Part shown: in pieces, positions 1 through 10,215 of the stretch | Layout: each line of letters begins with the position of its first letter | How positions within the stretch are numbered: position 1 is the stretch's first letter | IMG/VR virus record: IMGVR_UViG_3300012347_000364 | Span: 158,826-222,825 of that record | Source of the DNA: a virus | Lineage: Duplodnaviria > Heunggongvirae > Uroviricota > Caudoviricetes | Strand: one strand, 5' to 3' | DNA: 64,000 nucleotides | Notes under the pieces: generated by a model | Databases searched by the model: none | What the model was told of the DNA's origin: nothing | What the model saw: only the letters and a program-made list of their open reading frames with translations | Made by a program: the position numbers and the translations under genes

Positions 1-1111
1 CAGCAATACAGCAAACGTTGTGGGTGCAGTAGCTCTATCTAACACATTAACCGTAACAGGCAATGCTACCTTTAGTAACACAATCTCTGTTACTGGTGAA
101 GCAACGTTTGTTTCGAATGTTGCGTTTGATACTAATACTCTATTTGTAGATTCCGTTAACAATCGTGTAGGCGTTTTAACCTCCACACCAGACGCTAGTT
201 TGAGTATCAATGGTACTGCTAACGTTGCTGGAAATACGACCATTGCTGGTAAGCTAACACAGGTTGCTAATGCGACATTTAGCAATACCATTACTGTAGT
301 TGGTAATGCAACATTCAGCAACACAATCTCTGTTACTGGTGCTGCCGAGTTCCTCAATACGATTACCGGTTCTGCTAACGTCAATATCGACTCTGGTACT
401 CTATTCGTCGATACTGTAAACAATAAAGTTGGTATTGGTGACACTACCCCAGACGTAGAGTTGAAAGTTGTTGGTGATGGTGTATTCACAGCGAATGTAA
501 CAGCCAATAACCTATTGATCAACGCCGATGCTACCATCAACGGTAACTTGGCTGTTAACGGCACTCTAACCACGATTGACACAGTCAACTTGGTTGTTGA
601 AGATCCGCTATTTAAACTAGCTAAGAACAACAACGTTGCTAATAGTGCAGGTGACGTAGTCGACTCTGGTTTCTATGGTGTATATGCAAACACCACCGCG
701 GATATGTACACTGGTATGTTCCGTGACGCGACAGACGGTAAGTATAAACTGTTTACAGGTCTGACGACAGAGCCTACAACGACAGTTGATACGTCAGCAC
801 CATCGTTCAGATTCGCTACACTAACTGCGTTCTTGGAGATAGGTGGGTTTGTAGCTAATAATACAAACTTAACAGCTACTGCCAACTCAACGTACAACGT
901 TTCGTTAACTGCCAACACATTAACACTAGCTAACAAGTTAGAAGTTACGAGTGGTGGTACTGGTGTTGCTTCATTCACTACAAACGGCGTTCTGTTTGGT
1001 AATGGTAGCGCAAACCTACAAGTCACATCAGCAGGCACAACAGGTGATGTGCTGCAAGTAAATGGATCAGGAGTACCAGTATTTGGTACGCTTGACGGAG
1101 GCACTTTCTAA
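1..1111 (+). CDS. Tail-fibre-like virion protein (5'-truncated by window edge)
   Basis: Frame open from the window start; repeated GNATFSNTISVTG units and LFVD..NNRVG motifs typical of T4-like fibres; ends LDGGTF. Confidence 0.75.
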   Translation, partial: SNTANVVGAVALSNTLTVTGNATFSNTISVTGEATFVSNVAFDTNTLFVDSVNNRVGVLTSTPDASLSINGTANVAGNTTIAGKLTQVANATFSNTITVVGNATFSNTISVTGAAEFLNTITGSANVNIDSGTLFVDTVNNKVGIGDTTPDVELKVVGDGVFTANVTANNLLINADATINGNLAVNGTLTTIDTVNLVVEDPLFKLAKNNNVANSAGDVVDSGFYGVYANTTADMYTGMFRDATDGKYKLFTGLTTEPTTTVDTSAPSFRFATLTAFLEIGGFVANNTNLTATANSTYNVSLTANTLTLANKLEVTSGGTGVASFTTNGVLFGNGSANLQVTSAGTTGDVLQVNGSGVPVFGTLDGGTF

Positions 1112-1122
1112 GGAGTTTTATT

Positions 1123-1377
1123 TTGGATACTGAATTTATTAATGCATACATACAACGTATGCTTGCTTTGAACAATGACTTAACAAATAAGAACGTAATG
1201 CTTGAGACAAAATACGTGATTTTGGAAACAAAATACAACGCACTTGTCCAAGCTTACAACTCACTCGTCGAGTCATCACAACAAACTGTAGAAGAACAAC
1301 CTGTAGAAACAACGCCAGCAGTTACTACAACGAAAGCAAATAAAAAGCAAGACGACGCGCAAAATGCGTCCTTTTAA
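1123..1377 (+). CDS. Small coiled-coil hypothetical protein
   Basis: AGGAG RBS before a TTG start; heptad-like N-half. Confidence 0.65.
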   Translation: MDTEFINAYIQRMLALNNDLTNKNVMLETKYVILETKYNALVQAYNSLVESSQQTVEEQPVETTPAVTTTKANKKQDDAQNASF

Positions 1378-1426
1378 TTGATAAAACCGGGCTGCTCTAT
1401 AGTAGCCTTTAACTCTAGATAGAGAC

Positions 1427-4018
1427 ATGGCCGGAAATAAAATCCAATTAAAACGCACCAGCGTTGCTGGTCGCGTTCCAAGTAACCTCGATGTAGGCGA
1501 GTTAGCAATTAACTTAGCAGACAATCGACTGTTTACTGCCGATGGTTCAAACACAATCATCGACGTTCACGGCCAAAGTCTCAACACAACGGCTAACGTA
1601 ACCTTCCGTGACGGCGCCTTTGCTAACATTACAGCAAATGTTATTGGCGCAACGACTATAACAGGCAACGTAGACTGGTCGTATATTACATCAAAGCCAG
1701 ATCTAAAGATCGACATAACTGGTGATGTAACAGGCAACAACACTTTCACTGATCTTGCCAACGGATCTATTAATGTTACGCTCCCCAACACAGCAGTAAC
1801 AGCAGGCACGTATGGTAACTCATCAGCAATACCAGTAATTACGGTAGACGGCAAAGGTCGTATAACCTCAGCAACAACAAACACCGTAGCTGGCGTTACT
1901 GGATTTGCATACACAACTGCAAACAACACCCTTTCGATCACGACTGGTTCAGGATCGACGTATTCAGCTAACATCAACACTATTACCTCGCCAACGATTA
2001 CCAACGGTACGTTGAACGGTAATACTACAATTGCTGCAGTAATTGCCAACGGCACGGTTGGTGTAGCTGGCCAGATACTTACAACAAACGGTAGTGCGGT
2101 CTATTGGAATAATGCACCTGCTACTAGCCTAGATGCTGTTCTAGCTGTTGGAAATACAACTACAAAAGCATTGACTGTCGGCCCATTAACGGTTGGTACA
2201 GGAAACACTTCCTTAGGTAATACGACCATTACTGGATCTGCGAACGTAACTACAACGTTACAAGTCACAGGCGCAGCAACGTTTTCAAATACTGTTTCTA
2301 TTGCTGGTAATCTGACTGGCAGTGCTGCTAACGTAACTATCGTTGCGGGAAGCTTCTCAACCATTTTTGCTAATAATGGTTCAACTACCTTCCCGGGAGC
2401 TGTATCTGGCATCACAACTCTGTCGGCTGGCAATACATCTATTACCGGTAACCTGACGGTAACGAGTGGTACAACATCTCTAGGCAATACAGTAATTGCT
2501 GGTAATCTAGTTGTTACTGGTGCAACAACGTACGTCAATACTAACATATTCCAAGTCAGTGATAATATTATCACGCTTAATGCTGATGCTGCTGGAACGC
2601 CAACAGATAATGTTGGGTTTGAAGTAAATCGCGGAACATCTGCTAACACGTCACTGTTATGGGATGAGTCTATCGACAAATGGACGTTCACGAACGATGG
2701 AACGGCTTATTTTAAAATAGCATCCAACACTGATGTTGACACGGCTTATACTAATGCTATAGCATATGCTGCTTCTAACACATACGTAAACACTACGTTT
2801 GCTCCTCTAGCTGGTGCTGCATTTACCGGTAATGTCACGTTTAACGCTAATGTCACGTTTAGCAACACGCGCATTTCATCCAACGGCGGTGTTGGTACAG
2901 CAGGACAAGTTCTAACATCCGGCGGAGCGGCGGATGAGATGTATTGGTCGACTATCGTCAGCGGCAACTCATTTGGAAGAATTGCAGTTGCAGGTCAGAC
3001 TAACATTAGTGCGGATGCAGCAACTGATACATTAACGTTTGCTGCTGGTAATAACATTATCATTACTACTGACCCGAGTACTGATACTATTACGATTACA
3101 GCTTCGGGTGGCGGTGGTAATAACACGCTGTCGTCGCAGTTCTTTATTACATCGTATGAGACGTTTACGGCTAATGGTACTGCCACAACATTTACCCTTG
3201 CTCAAGAAGCAAAACACGAATATGCATTCGTAGCAGTAGATGGTTTAATACAGAAGTATTCTGATCATTACACATTCGACGGTACGTCTCTAGTTTTTGT
3301 AACTGCGCCTGTCAGTGGTGAAATTGTATCCGTATATCATATTGCAAATGATGAGCAAACGACCGAAACTACTGCGGCAATTGCTGCTATCGATACGTTC
3401 ACGGCTAACGGAACAAGCAACTCGTTTACGCTAAGCGTCGATGGTGCAGACAATACCACCCTTGTATTGGTGGATGGTCAGTTGCAGGTATATACAACCG
3501 ATTACACAATTAGCGGTACGACGCTTCAGTTTGATGCTGCCCCAACCGTTAATAGCAGTATTGCAGCTGTACACCTCAGCTCTACTGTATATGGTTATAA
3601 TATGTCTACCGATGCGTTCGTCGGTGACGGTAGCACTGCATCCTATACTACATCACGTAATGGTACTCAGTATAACTGTTTAGTGCTTGTAGACGGCATA
3701 GTTCAAAAATACACAACCGATTATACCTTTGCTGGTAATGTAATCACATTCAATGAAAATATAGGGTTAAATGAAGAGGTAGAAGTATTATTCTTCATCA
3801 ACTCACAAGCGAAGAAAACTAACTCACTTGCATATACTGGAAATGGGTCAAATACAGCGTTTACTTTGCCTTCAGCAACAGATGCTGAAAACATTCTAGT
3901 ATACGTAAACGGGTTATACTACCATCCCGGCGAAGATTATTACGTATCTGGCAATCAGTTATCTTTCTACACAGCGCCAATCAACAGTGCGAAGATTAGA
4001 GTCCGTCAGATCCGATGA
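1427..4018 (+). CDS. Tail-fibre/virion structural protein
   Basis: N-terminal IQLKRT..P..L.VGELAINLAD fibre-attachment motif; C-terminal repeats of the FTANG...F.L....V.VDG..Q....DY module. Confidence 0.8.
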   Translation: MAGNKIQLKRTSVAGRVPSNLDVGELAINLADNRLFTADGSNTIIDVHGQSLNTTANVTFRDGAFANITANVIGATTITGNVDWSYITSKPDLKIDITGDVTGNNTFTDLANGSINVTLPNTAVTAGTYGNSSAIPVITVDGKGRITSATTNTVAGVTGFAYTTANNTLSITTGSGSTYSANINTITSPTITNGTLNGNTTIAAVIANGTVGVAGQILTTNGSAVYWNNAPATSLDAVLAVGNTTTKALTVGPLTVGTGNTSLGNTTITGSANVTTTLQVTGAATFSNTVSIAGNLTGSAANVTIVAGSFSTIFANNGSTTFPGAVSGITTLSAGNTSITGNLTVTSGTTSLGNTVIAGNLVVTGATTYVNTNIFQVSDNIITLNADAAGTPTDNVGFEVNRGTSANTSLLWDESIDKWTFTNDGTAYFKIASNTDVDTAYTNAIAYAASNTYVNTTFAPLAGAAFTGNVTFNANVTFSNTRISSNGGVGTAGQVLTSGGAADEMYWSTIVSGNSFGRIAVAGQTNISADAATDTLTFAAGNNIIITTDPSTDTITITASGGGGNNTLSSQFFITSYETFTANGTATTFTLAQEAKHEYAFVAVDGLIQKYSDHYTFDGTSLVFVTAPVSGEIVSVYHIANDEQTTETTAAIAAIDTFTANGTSNSFTLSVDGADNTTLVLVDGQLQVYTTDYTISGTTLQFDAAPTVNSSIAAVHLSSTVYGYNMSTDAFVGDGSTASYTTSRNGTQYNCLVLVDGIVQKYTTDYTFAGNVITFNENIGLNEEVEVLFFINSQAKKTNSLAYTGNGSNTAFTLPSATDAENILVYVNGLYYHPGEDYYVSGNQLSFYTAPINSAKIRVRQIR

Positions 4019-4021
4019 CTG

Positions 4022-4028
4022 ATAAATA
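4022..4028 (+). promoter_or_regulatory. T4-like late promoter (ATAAATA)
   Basis: gATAAATA about 25 nt upstream of a structural gene; the same motif recurs before gp13, gp18, gp67-like, gp23 and gp3. Confidence 0.6.
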
Positions 4029-4052
4029 ACACATGGAATTCAGGATATCTTT

Positions 4053-6482
4053 ATGCGTAAATTAGACATTAATAGAATAAAAGCAGGTACGGTCAGTAAC
4101 AACCAAATCGTTGCCTATAGTAACGTGACGGGCGGCTTCGTTTCGACGAGCAATGCTGTACTTGATAATATAACTGTCAACGCCAACTTAACCGTTAATG
4201 GTACTGTTACCTTCAGCGGCTCGTTAGCGGGCATTCCAGCCGGCAATAGTTCTACTGCTGGTATATTGAAGATTGTAGATTCTACATCCAACACTAGCGC
4301 TACTATCGCCGCGTCAGCTAATGCTGTTGCTAGTTTGTCGACGTCGAAGGCTGATAAAGCCTCGCCAACGTTTACAGGAACATTGAGTGCAGCTGATGTA
4401 ACGATTACTGGTAATTTAACCGTATCAGGCAACACAACATATATCAATACCACCGAACTGAATATTGGTGATAATCTGATTGTACTTAATGCTGACCTTC
4501 CTGGCGGCACTGCACCAACACAAAACGCCGGCATTGTAATCAACCGCGGTAGTTCTACCAACGTCAGCATTTACTGGGACGAAACGAACGATTACTTTGA
4601 AACTACTGACGGATTGTCTGTAATAGGTGATGTTGTATCGAGTAATGTCGTATATGCTGAATACGTTACCGCTAATCAAGGCATCTTTTCCTACGCAGGT
4701 CTTACTGCTAATGGTGATGTTGTAGCTAATAATTTATCCGCTACATATTTAATTACGGCTACTGATGCTAGTATAAGCAACACAATCACTATTGGTTCCG
4801 CTACTGTTAACTCATCGGCGTATACCGGTACTGCAAACTCCACGACATATTTTGGCGGTCAATTAGCTGCGTACTATACAAACGCAACCAACATCGCTAC
4901 TGGAACAGTACCAACAGCTCGCCTACCCGCATCTAATACCAGCCAGGCCGGTGTTGTGCAAATGGTTGATAGCACTGGCAATACAAGCGTGACTATTGCG
5001 GCCACAGCAAACTCAGTTAAAACTGCCTATGATATGGCAATTACTGCCAACACAAATGCAGCAGCTGCATACTCAAATGCATATAATGATGCGGTGGCGT
5101 TAGCTGGAAATGCGTATTCGAATGCAGTTGCATTGGCAGCTAATGCAACTAATATCACGTCTGGGACGCTAGATACCGCACGATTACCAGCTACAGCAAA
5201 CGTAACTACTGCTATTAACGTTGGTGCTAATATAAACGTTACCACAGCTTCTATCAAAGTAGGCAATTCCACTGTAAACACAACAATGAATGCATCCACA
5301 TTCGCTGTTGGAAGCGCATATACCGTTAATAGCACTGCTATAGCAATGGCCACAGGCGCGCTGACGATTAATACAGTTTCTGCTTCAGGAACATTAGCAG
5401 TTGGTAGTAACGTAACCGTAAATACCTCAGCAATTGTTGTTGGCAATGCGTCTGTATACACACTGATTGTATCTGATCACGTACATGCTAATGGTACATA
5501 CATCACAAGCGTAGATGCAGCAACAGTCGGCGGAAATACAGCAACAACATTGCTGGCGGCATCGGATACAGCATACACAAACGCAGTAAGCGTCGCCGCA
5601 GCTGATGCTACAAGTAAGGCTAACGCAGCATATACAAACGCAGTAAGCGTCGCCTCAACGGATGCAACAAACAAAGCAGCTACCGCGTACTCAAACGCAA
5701 TTGCGTACTCTGGCAATGCTGCATTAGCGTTTGCAAACGCAGTGAGTACTGCTGCTGCGGACGCCACTAGCAAAGCAGATGCAGCATTTGCAAACGCAAT
5801 TGCAACATCTAATGCGTCACAAGCATATGCTAACGCGATTGCTTATTCTGGTAATGCAGCACTAGCATATGCCAACGCCGTCACATTTGCTACAACAAAA
5901 GCTGATGATGCGTATGCTAATGCAATTTCTTATTCGGGCAACGCTGCTCTTGCATATGCCAACGCTGCGGCATTCTCTGCAAACGCAGATAATATTGCTT
6001 CTGGCACACTCAACACAGCGAGATTGCCAGCAACAGTCAACGTAGCTACTGCATTTAATGTGGGTGCTAATGTTAAGATTACTACATCAGCCGTCCGTGT
6101 TGGTAATGCTACATCGAATGTGGAAGTCATTTCGACGGGTATAGTATTCCCCGACTCGTCTCTCCAAACGTCTGCTCCAATTGGAGGAAGTTCCAATACG
6201 CAAGTATTATTCAACGACCGTGGAAGCTCAAATGGCGCTGTAGGTTTAACATTCGTATATACTACGAATACATTAACCGTTGCTAACACTATAAATAGTA
6301 ACAACATTACAGTTAATACTGTCACGACAAACGTAATCAGTGGTTCGAATGTTACATCGACAGGTAACGTCAACGTTACAAACACATTGCGCTTAGGCAG
6401 TAATGGTGTTATGTTCTCGGACGGTAGCACGATGACGACAGCAGCTTTAGACCCAATCGCATATGCGATCGCTTTAGGATAA
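4053..6482 (+). CDS. Tail-fibre-like protein with AY(A/S/T)NA helical repeats
   Basis: Multiple AYANA/AYSNA/AYTNA repeats, three NA.NI.(S/T)GT..TARLP units; ends AYAIALG. Confidence 0.75.
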   Translation: MRKLDINRIKAGTVSNNQIVAYSNVTGGFVSTSNAVLDNITVNANLTVNGTVTFSGSLAGIPAGNSSTAGILKIVDSTSNTSATIAASANAVASLSTSKADKASPTFTGTLSAADVTITGNLTVSGNTTYINTTELNIGDNLIVLNADLPGGTAPTQNAGIVINRGSSTNVSIYWDETNDYFETTDGLSVIGDVVSSNVVYAEYVTANQGIFSYAGLTANGDVVANNLSATYLITATDASISNTITIGSATVNSSAYTGTANSTTYFGGQLAAYYTNATNIATGTVPTARLPASNTSQAGVVQMVDSTGNTSVTIAATANSVKTAYDMAITANTNAAAAYSNAYNDAVALAGNAYSNAVALAANATNITSGTLDTARLPATANVTTAINVGANINVTTASIKVGNSTVNTTMNASTFAVGSAYTVNSTAIAMATGALTINTVSASGTLAVGSNVTVNTSAIVVGNASVYTLIVSDHVHANGTYITSVDAATVGGNTATTLLAASDTAYTNAVSVAAADATSKANAAYTNAVSVASTDATNKAATAYSNAIAYSGNAALAFANAVSTAAADATSKADAAFANAIATSNASQAYANAIAYSGNAALAYANAVTFATTKADDAYANAISYSGNAALAYANAAAFSANADNIASGTLNTARLPATVNVATAFNVGANVKITTSAVRVGNATSNVEVISTGIVFPDSSLQTSAPIGGSSNTQVLFNDRGSSNGAVGLTFVYTTNTLTVANTINSNNITVNTVTTNVISGSNVTSTGNVNVTNTLRLGSNGVMFSDGSTMTTAALDPIAYAIALG

Positions 6483-6486
6483 AAAT

Positions 6487-6849
6487 ATGGCAAGCAATTT
6501 CAAACGATCATTTACAAGAAATATTGGCACAGCCAATACAACAATTTACAACCCAACGACACCTGGCGTTCAAGCAACCGTCATTGGTCTATCGCTGTGC
6601 AATATCACTAATGCAGCCGTTGAGGTATCTGTTACTTTTTCACAAGGCGCTAATTCAGCAAGCGCTGGAGCGAATACAGTATATCTAATTAAGAGCGCCA
6701 TCATTCCAGCAGGGTCATCGTTGGTGCCAATTGGTGGTGATCAAAAGTTGGTATTGGTAGCTAATACCACAACGAGCGATTATCTAGAAGTATCGAGCAA
6801 TACAGCAACATCAGTAGATGTGGTACTTTCTTCATTAGAGGTAGCATAA
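6487..6849 (+). CDS. Small virion-associated hypothetical protein
   Basis: Tightly packed in the fibre operon; beta-rich, of the type that follows AIALG-ending fibre genes. Confidence 0.6.
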   Translation: MASNFKRSFTRNIGTANTTIYNPTTPGVQATVIGLSLCNITNAAVEVSVTFSQGANSASAGANTVYLIKSAIIPAGSSLVPIGGDQKLVLVANTTTSDYLEVSSNTATSVDVVLSSLEVA

Positions 6850-6850
6850 T

Positions 6851-7369
6851 ATGGCATACGTCGGCACGCCGGTCGGGCTGTATGAAGATGGGTACGAAGC
6901 TCGCGCAGAATATTTTAATGGAAATGCTAGTAATACTGTATTTACGTTAGCGTACGCAGTTAACAGTACAACAGACGTAGAGGTTGTTGTTAATAACGTA
7001 CCACAAAACCCATTTGACAATACATATACTATTACCGACGGAACTACTTTGACGTTTGCGTCGGCGCCTTCTGCTGGTTCAAAGAATGTGTATATTCTTT
7101 ATAACGTGTTTGCACGCCGCCGTGTGTCTCCATACAGCAGTTCAGTACTTTCTGATTACCTTGCTCCACGATCTGTCACAACAGTTAAGCTGGATGATCA
7201 AGCGGTTACGACTGAGAAGGTTGCAAACAACATCACGCTAGGGACAGTGTCGTTCACTGGTCCAGTCGCATCAGCTAATAGCGTCTCTATAAATACTCGA
7301 GCTACATCAGCCAATCACGCAACGCAAAAACAATATGTGGATGCATTGACTATCATTTTCGGAGCATAA
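6851..7369 (+). CDS. Virion structural protein
   Basis: MAYVG start; F.GN.S.T.FTL...V.VNNV.Q.P module shared with 1427..4018. Confidence 0.65.
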   Translation: MAYVGTPVGLYEDGYEARAEYFNGNASNTVFTLAYAVNSTTDVEVVVNNVPQNPFDNTYTITDGTTLTFASAPSAGSKNVYILYNVFARRRVSPYSSSVLSDYLAPRSVTTVKLDDQAVTTEKVANNITLGTVSFTGPVASANSVSINTRATSANHATQKQYVDALTIIFGA

Positions 7370-7371
7370 TA

Positions 7372-10212
7372 ATGGCACGCAAGTTTGTTTCAAACTATAC
7401 TTTTACCGCAAGTACAAAAACCCTTAAAATAGCTGGATTCGTTCCTCAACACAAGTTGTTGATGGTTACACACATTCCGTCTGGTACTGTGCTGCAGCAA
7501 TTCGCTGCTCCTGATAGTGGCGTCACATCATATTCGTACGATCAATCATCTACTGCATTGGATACTGATTCGGGCGTGACCACATTCGTGCTGGAAAATC
7601 CATGCACTGGCGTAACCGATAATGACATTTTACAGATTGTAGTCGAAGAGAATCAGATCACTACTCGTCCCTTTGACTTTGGCGTAGATGCGATTGAGCG
7701 TACTCGTGTATCGAACCCTCAAAGTATGATTGACGCTGACTTTGAATATGGTCTGCAAGGTACGAAATGGCAAACATACAACTCGGTCAATAATATTCCG
7801 GGCATTTACGAATTGCCTGGTCAAGATATTACGATCACATCCATCACCACAAACAACACATCTCCATACTCTACCATCACCGTGACAGCTAACGGTCATG
7901 GTCTTGCGAACGGTAGTGCTGTTACGATGTTTGGTTTAGAAAACGATCCACCAACAGCATCGCGCGCAGAAGGCGCGTTCTTGGTTAAGACCCCAACAAC
8001 AAATACATTCACGTACGTCGCTAAGGGCTATGTTGGCCCAGCAAACAACACTGTATTGTCTACACAATATACAACGGCTCGTAAGGCTGGATTCTATTCT
8101 ACATCTAGCATTCCGTTCACGTCAATGTCGTCGAGCGGAGCAAACCCATCAGTAATTACTGTGACTACATCGGCACCACACGGTCTGGTGCCTGGCCACA
8201 CGTTGATTACTGATATATCGACTACAGGCAACAACCACCCATTAGTCGAAGGTAACTTCTTCGTTGAGTCCATTCCGTCCTCAAACAGTTTTACGTTTAC
8301 GGCGTTGTCTGGTGGTGCTGTTGGCGCCGGGCTAGCCAACTCAGTTGCTGTAGTATACTCGCGTTCAGATGCTTTCAACGTCCATCGCCCCTTCGATGGT
8401 GGTGTGTTAATTGGTCCAGATAGCCCTGCGCATGGATCGCGTGTGATGCGCTCGTCGAAAAAATATTTCCGCTACCAGTCAGGTAAAGGCTTGCTGTGGT
8501 CTTCTGGTACATTGCTGCATCCAAACTATGATGTTGAATCTGTAACAGCATCTGGTACTACAATTGGTTCGGCTATCACAATCAGAACGGAGCAAAACCA
8601 CGGCTTGCAGGCAGGCGCTACAGTCGTTTTGTCGGGTGTTGATACTTCTGGATATAACGGAACTTATGTTATAGGCACGATTGTATCTACGCAAGAATTT
8701 ACTGTGACTGCAGCAGTGGTGCTAGGATCCGCAACAGCTTCACTAAGCGCACAACCACGTATTGCTGTTACTGCATGGCATGGATCTACTATCCGTGCAG
8801 GTATGTTTGATGATCAAAACGGATTGTTCTGGGAGAGTGATGGACAGAAGGTATACGCTGTAAAGCGCAGCTCCACGTTCCAGCTAGCTGGTACAATGAG
8901 TGTAGCTAACAACAGTACTGCTGTTACGGGAACTTTGACGCGTTTTGCTGAACAGCTGCGCGCAGGTGATCGTATCGTTATTCGTGGCCAGACGCGTCTT
9001 GTCACTAGTGTAGCTAACAACACGTCAATGTATGTGTCTCCTGCTATACGTATCAGTGGTGCTGCTTCTATTGCCGGTATTAAGGCCACTCTTACCATTG
9101 ATACGCGCTATCCACAAGAGGATTTCAACCACGATCGCTTAGATGGTACAGGTGATTCTGGATTTACCTTCAACGTCAATAAGATGCAGATGTTGGCTAT
9201 CCAGTACTCGTGGTATGGTGCCGGTTTTGCTGATTTTATGATTCGTGGTATTAACGGTAACTTCGTTACAGCACATCGTATCAAGAATAACAACGTTAAT
9301 GATGAAGCATATATGCGTTCTGGTAACTTGCCAGCACGTTATGAGATTGTTAACGACACACCACGCACGTTTACAGTCGCTGCAGCCAACGCTACCGTAA
9401 ATGCAATCAGCGTATCTAATACCTACACGTTCCCATCATCTGGCACGCTGTATATTGATAATGAAATGTTATCGTATACTGGTAAGACTGCAAATACGTT
9501 TACTGGGTTGACCCGTGCTGCGTCATTGACCCAATACGCTGGCGGTTCTGGTAGAACATTTACCGCTGGGGCTGCTGCATCGCATGCTAACAACTCCGGT
9601 GTTCAATTGATTAGTTGCACATGCTCGCCGACCCTATCGCACTGGGGCTCTTCTATTATCATGGACGGTGGATTTGATAGCGATCGTGGTTACTTCTTTA
9701 ACTACGCGCAGACAAACATCGCGGTTACTGCAGCAGCAACGAAGACTGCTTTCTTAATTAGATTAGCACCAACAGTAAGTAACAGCATCCCAGGAGACAT
9801 GGGATTGCGTGAGTTGATTAACCGATCACAGATCTTGCTGGAGAGAATTGAGATTGTAAGCTCACGTAATGCTCAGATTACTGGTATTTTGAATCCGTCA
9901 GGCATCACATCCACTACATGGTCTAATCTGAACACCTCAGGGTTCGGATCACAACCATCGTTTGCTCAAGTATCTGCTTCATTCACGGGCACAGCAGCCC
10001 CAGGTGAACAGATCTTCTCTACTATAGCCTCAGCCGCTGGCGGTTTGACTACTGTAGATTTATCAGCTCTTAAAGAACTAGGCAATTCGGTAATTGGTGG
10101 TTCGAACCAGTATCCGGACGGCCCAGACGTACTTGCTATCCAGATTAAGAACTTAGACGCCCAAAACGCTACAGTTCAAATTAACTTATTCTGGTCAGAA
10201 ACACAGGCTTAA
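7372..10212 (+). CDS. Large virion structural protein
   Basis: 946 aa; RVSNPQSMIDADFEYGLQ motif and repeated ITVT...HGL domains seen in T4-like aquatic phage structural proteins. Confidence 0.7.
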   Translation: MARKFVSNYTFTASTKTLKIAGFVPQHKLLMVTHIPSGTVLQQFAAPDSGVTSYSYDQSSTALDTDSGVTTFVLENPCTGVTDNDILQIVVEENQITTRPFDFGVDAIERTRVSNPQSMIDADFEYGLQGTKWQTYNSVNNIPGIYELPGQDITITSITTNNTSPYSTITVTANGHGLANGSAVTMFGLENDPPTASRAEGAFLVKTPTTNTFTYVAKGYVGPANNTVLSTQYTTARKAGFYSTSSIPFTSMSSSGANPSVITVTTSAPHGLVPGHTLITDISTTGNNHPLVEGNFFVESIPSSNSFTFTALSGGAVGAGLANSVAVVYSRSDAFNVHRPFDGGVLIGPDSPAHGSRVMRSSKKYFRYQSGKGLLWSSGTLLHPNYDVESVTASGTTIGSAITIRTEQNHGLQAGATVVLSGVDTSGYNGTYVIGTIVSTQEFTVTAAVVLGSATASLSAQPRIAVTAWHGSTIRAGMFDDQNGLFWESDGQKVYAVKRSSTFQLAGTMSVANNSTAVTGTLTRFAEQLRAGDRIVIRGQTRLVTSVANNTSMYVSPAIRISGAASIAGIKATLTIDTRYPQEDFNHDRLDGTGDSGFTFNVNKMQMLAIQYSWYGAGFADFMIRGINGNFVTAHRIKNNNVNDEAYMRSGNLPARYEIVNDTPRTFTVAAANATVNAISVSNTYTFPSSGTLYIDNEMLSYTGKTANTFTGLTRAASLTQYAGGSGRTFTAGAAASHANNSGVQLISCTCSPTLSHWGSSIIMDGGFDSDRGYFFNYAQTNIAVTAAATKTAFLIRLAPTVSNSIPGDMGLRELINRSQILLERIEIVSSRNAQITGILNPSGITSTTWSNLNTSGFGSQPSFAQVSASFTGTAAPGEQIFSTIASAAGGLTTVDLSALKELGNSVIGGSNQYPDGPDVLAIQIKNLDAQNATVQINLFWSETQA

Positions 10213-10215
10213 TAT